Shown piece after piece: positions 61,497 through 64,000 of a stretch of DNA of 64,000 nucleotides. Source of the DNA: an uncultured delta proteobacterium (GTDB taxonomy: Bacteria > Desulfobacterota > Desulfomonilia > Desulfomonilales > Desulfomonilaceae). Made by a program: the position numbers and the translations under genes. The stretch lies in the NCBI GenBank assembly GCA_963789265.1, contig CAWBKB010000008.1, forward strand, positions 1-64,000. The letters run 5' to 3'. Position 1 is the first letter of the stretch. Every line of letters begins with the position of its first letter. The notes under the pieces were generated by a model. It was not told the origin of the DNA and searched no databases. It worked only from the letters and a program-made list of their open reading frames with translations.

Positions 61497-63138
61497 CTAG
61501 GTCTCGGTACGCTTTTGCTCTTCGGCACGGATTTCTCGCCGAAGTAGTTTTCCCACTTTTGATTTGGGCAGCATGTCTCTAAATTCTATGTATTGTGGTA
61601 TCTTGTATTGAACCAGCTTCTCCTTGCACCAACGTAACAGTTCATAACCCGTAATCCCTTTCACATCTTTCTTGAGGACTACGAAAGCTTTTATGCGCTG
61701 TCCCACCTTGGGATCGGGCACTCCCACCACACATGATTCGATCACTGCCGGGTGTTCCTGAAGGACCGCTTCTATTTCGGACGCGGAGACCCGATAGCCT
61801 TTGTGTTTGATAGTATCGGCAGACCGGTCAACGAAATACAGAAATCCATTCTCATCTTGCTTGACGATGTCCGATGTTCGGTACCAGAGTCGTCCGTTTA
61901 TCTCGACAAATGAAGCTTTGGTTTCCTCCGGCTTGTTAAGATATGCTCTCACCATTCTGTCCGATGAGACCAGTAGTTCCCCGGGTTGCCCGATGTCAAC
62001 CGGATTGGTGCCGTCAGAATCGACAACCATGATCTGCTTGCTGGGCAGCTTCAAACCCATGGTCAGAGGAGGGATCTCCTTGCCCGCAGGGGCCATAACA
62101 ATTCCCCCGCACGTTTCGGTGGCACCGTAACCTTGAACGATATCGATTCCGAAGCGTTTCTTCCAGCGATTCGAGACTTCCAAGGGAAGGACGTCTCCAC
62201 CTGAAAAGCAGTACTTCAACGGAGAAAGGTCGTATTGGTCACCTCGGACGTGCTCTAAAACCATTCGATAAAATGCAGGGACACCGATTATGCTCGTGGC
62301 TCTGTATCGCTGTATAGAGTCGAAGACCGCGTCGAGATTGACCCGAGGGCTCACCAGTATGGTGCCGCCGCCGACGATAATCGTGGACAGACTACATGTC
62401 TGTCCCAGAACGTGAAACAGCGGTGCACCACCCAGGATCACGTCCCGATCTTTGGGAAACAGTGGATCTCGCACCGAAAGCTGTTCTTCGGAAGAAACAA
62501 GGAATAATCCGTGTGAAATGGGAACACCTTTCGGGTGTTTGGTCGTTCCGCCGGTATACAGGATCTCTGCTGCGTCGTCTTTTCCCACGCCAGGTTCCGG
62601 AGCCGGAGGATGGGATTCGGAGAGCATGTCTTTCATCAAGCTGATGAAATCGGCCTGCTCTACTTTGCCCCTGGGGACTTTGTCCGCGATAAGTCCGAAT
62701 ACCCGTTTCCACATTGGGAGCAAGTCAGCCAAATTCGTTATGATAACCCGTTCGATTGAGGTGTTGGGCATGGAGCGCTTGACATAGCCGTAATTCCTGT
62801 CAGCGCATACAACAGCTTTTGCCCCCGTATCCGTAGCTATGTATTTGAGATCAGTATCGGTGTAAATAGGAGTGATGGGAACCGCAACTCCTCCCAATCT
62901 CTGAATCCCAAGCCATGCAACGACAAACTGGATCGAGTTGGGAATATACATCACGATACGATCACGCTCTTTCAGACCTACAGAAGCGAGAGATGCCGCG
63001 AACCGCTCGGCCATATTGAGCAGTTTTCGGTAAGAGGTACTTCGTGCCAAGAAACACCACAGCGGCCTTATTGGGGTACTTCTGCGCCATTGCCTCAAAG
63101 GCTTTGAAGATGGTGGGGTACTCCGGTTCCGACGTCAT
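61497..63138 (-). CDS. Long-chain acyl-CoA synthetase (+1 frameshift at GG 63036-63037)
   Basis: ATG 63138 'MTSEPEYPTIFKAF..FLGTKY' joined to 'SYRKL'; YTGGTTKHPKG, QGYGATE, PKSKVGK. Confidence 0.9.
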
Positions 63139-63153
63139 GGGAAAATCCTCCGT

Positions 63154-63900
63154 TTACACACCGAAATACGCTGCCTTCACCTCGGGGTTGTCCATTAGCT
63201 CCAGGCCGCCGCCTTCCATGGTGAGCATGCCGTTCTCAAGGATGTGGCCGTGGTCGATCATGGGAAGGATGGGTCGTGCGAACTGTTCGGATATCACAAT
63301 GGTAAGGCCGGTTTCAGCGTGGATTGTCTTTATTGATTCAACAAGAGTAGTTTGCATTACAGGGCTTAGGCCCAGCAGAGGTTCGTCCAGTAGCAGAAGT
63401 TTCGGTTTTGCCATGAGTGCCATGCCTATGGCGAGCATTTGCTGCTCGCCACCGCTAAGAAACCCGGCCTTCCGCGTTTTGAGGCGTACGAGAGTAGGAA
63501 AGAGGTGAAACACGTAATCTATAGTCTTTTTCACATCTGATCTTTTACGCAAATATCCCGCAATCTTCAAGTTCTCAACGAGATCCGACTCGCGGAATAT
63601 GGGGTGTCGCTCTCGGCAGAGCACCATACCTCTCTCAACCCGATCACTGGGATACATGTTGGTGATGTCTTCACCCTCGAACTTTACGACGCCGTAAAGG
63701 GTAATCCTTTCACCGCCTTTTCGCTGCTCCTTGATCTTGGTATCGATGATCAGCCCCGATATGGTATTCATCAGCGTGGTCTTGCCTGCGCTGTTGGAGC
63801 CGATAACGGCTACAATGGACCCCGGTTCGACTTTCATGTTGAAATCGTTCAGCGCCAGGGCATTCTCATAAAAGACCATAAGATTGGATATTTCAAGCAT
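63154..63900 (-). CDS. livF: Liv-type ABC ATPase (LivF-like)
   Basis: GSNSAGKT, LSGGEQQM, LDEPLLGL. Confidence 0.88.
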   Translation of the reverse strand: MLEISNLMVFYENALALNDFNMKVEPGSIVAVIGSNSAGKTTLMNTISGLIIDTKIKEQRKGGERITLYGVVKFEGEDITNMYPSDRVERGMVLCRERHPIFRESDLVENLKIAGYLRKRSDVKKTIDYVFHLFPTLVRLKTRKAGFLSGGEQQMLAIGMALMAKPKLLLLDEPLLGLSPVMQTTLVESIKTIHAETGLTIVISEQFARPILPMIDHGHILENGMLTMEGGGLELMDNPEVKAAYFGV

Positions 63901-63967
63901 AAGGTCCCCTGATTGCAGAGTTCATGTTCGGGCATTTAACGCACCAGCAGCCAATGAGGAGGTACCA

Positions 63968-64000
63968 CTACTCGGTGCCTAGGTAAGCTTGTTTCACCTC
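63968..64000 (-). CDS. C-terminus of a LivG-like ABC ATPase (partial)
   Basis: EVKQAYLGTE-stop, the typical LivG ending, upstream of livF. Confidence 0.6.
   Translation of the reverse strand, partial: EVKQAYLGTE

Overview
Bacterial chromosomal window, probably from an anaerobic Desulfobacterota. Desulfomonile-like is my inference from the paralog families and repeat types; it is not proven. (1) 1-15.5 kb is an accessory island anchored on a tRNA-Pro(CGG) gene (863-939). Five further direct-repeat copies of the tRNA 3' half follow (1787, 6617, 8708, 9483, 15379). Each carries re-used flanking 'arm' blocks, and together they cut the island into five cassette-like segments: toxin-antitoxin pairs, Tex, a VOC enzyme, two paralogous outer-membrane-like proteins and YhhN. 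No integrase is present in the window. This att-delimited array is the most striking feature. (2) 15.5-25.3 kb holds an unusual 742-aa HTH/cyclase-like/TPR protein, divergent from an aldehyde dehydrogenase-Fe-alcohol dehydrogenase fusion and a Liv-type ABC transporter. (3) 25.7-45.4 kb has mixed metabolic and signalling genes (saccharopine-DH-like plus Kat-like aminotransferase, CheB-CheR, PAS-sigma54 activator, PAS kinase), an intact IS1182-family element inserted into a palindrome, and many MITEs and REP-like hairpins. (4) 46.4-64 kb is a probable MarR-controlled catabolic cluster: two FAD oxidoreductases, a CCG Fe-S protein, a PanE-like reductase, CoA ligases, acyl-CoA dehydrogenase, a xanthine-dehydrogenase-family molybdoenzyme and a second ABC transporter. 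Seven, possibly eight, genes are split by single +1 insertions, most likely sequencing errors. All protein calls come from motif recognition by eye; no database searches were run.
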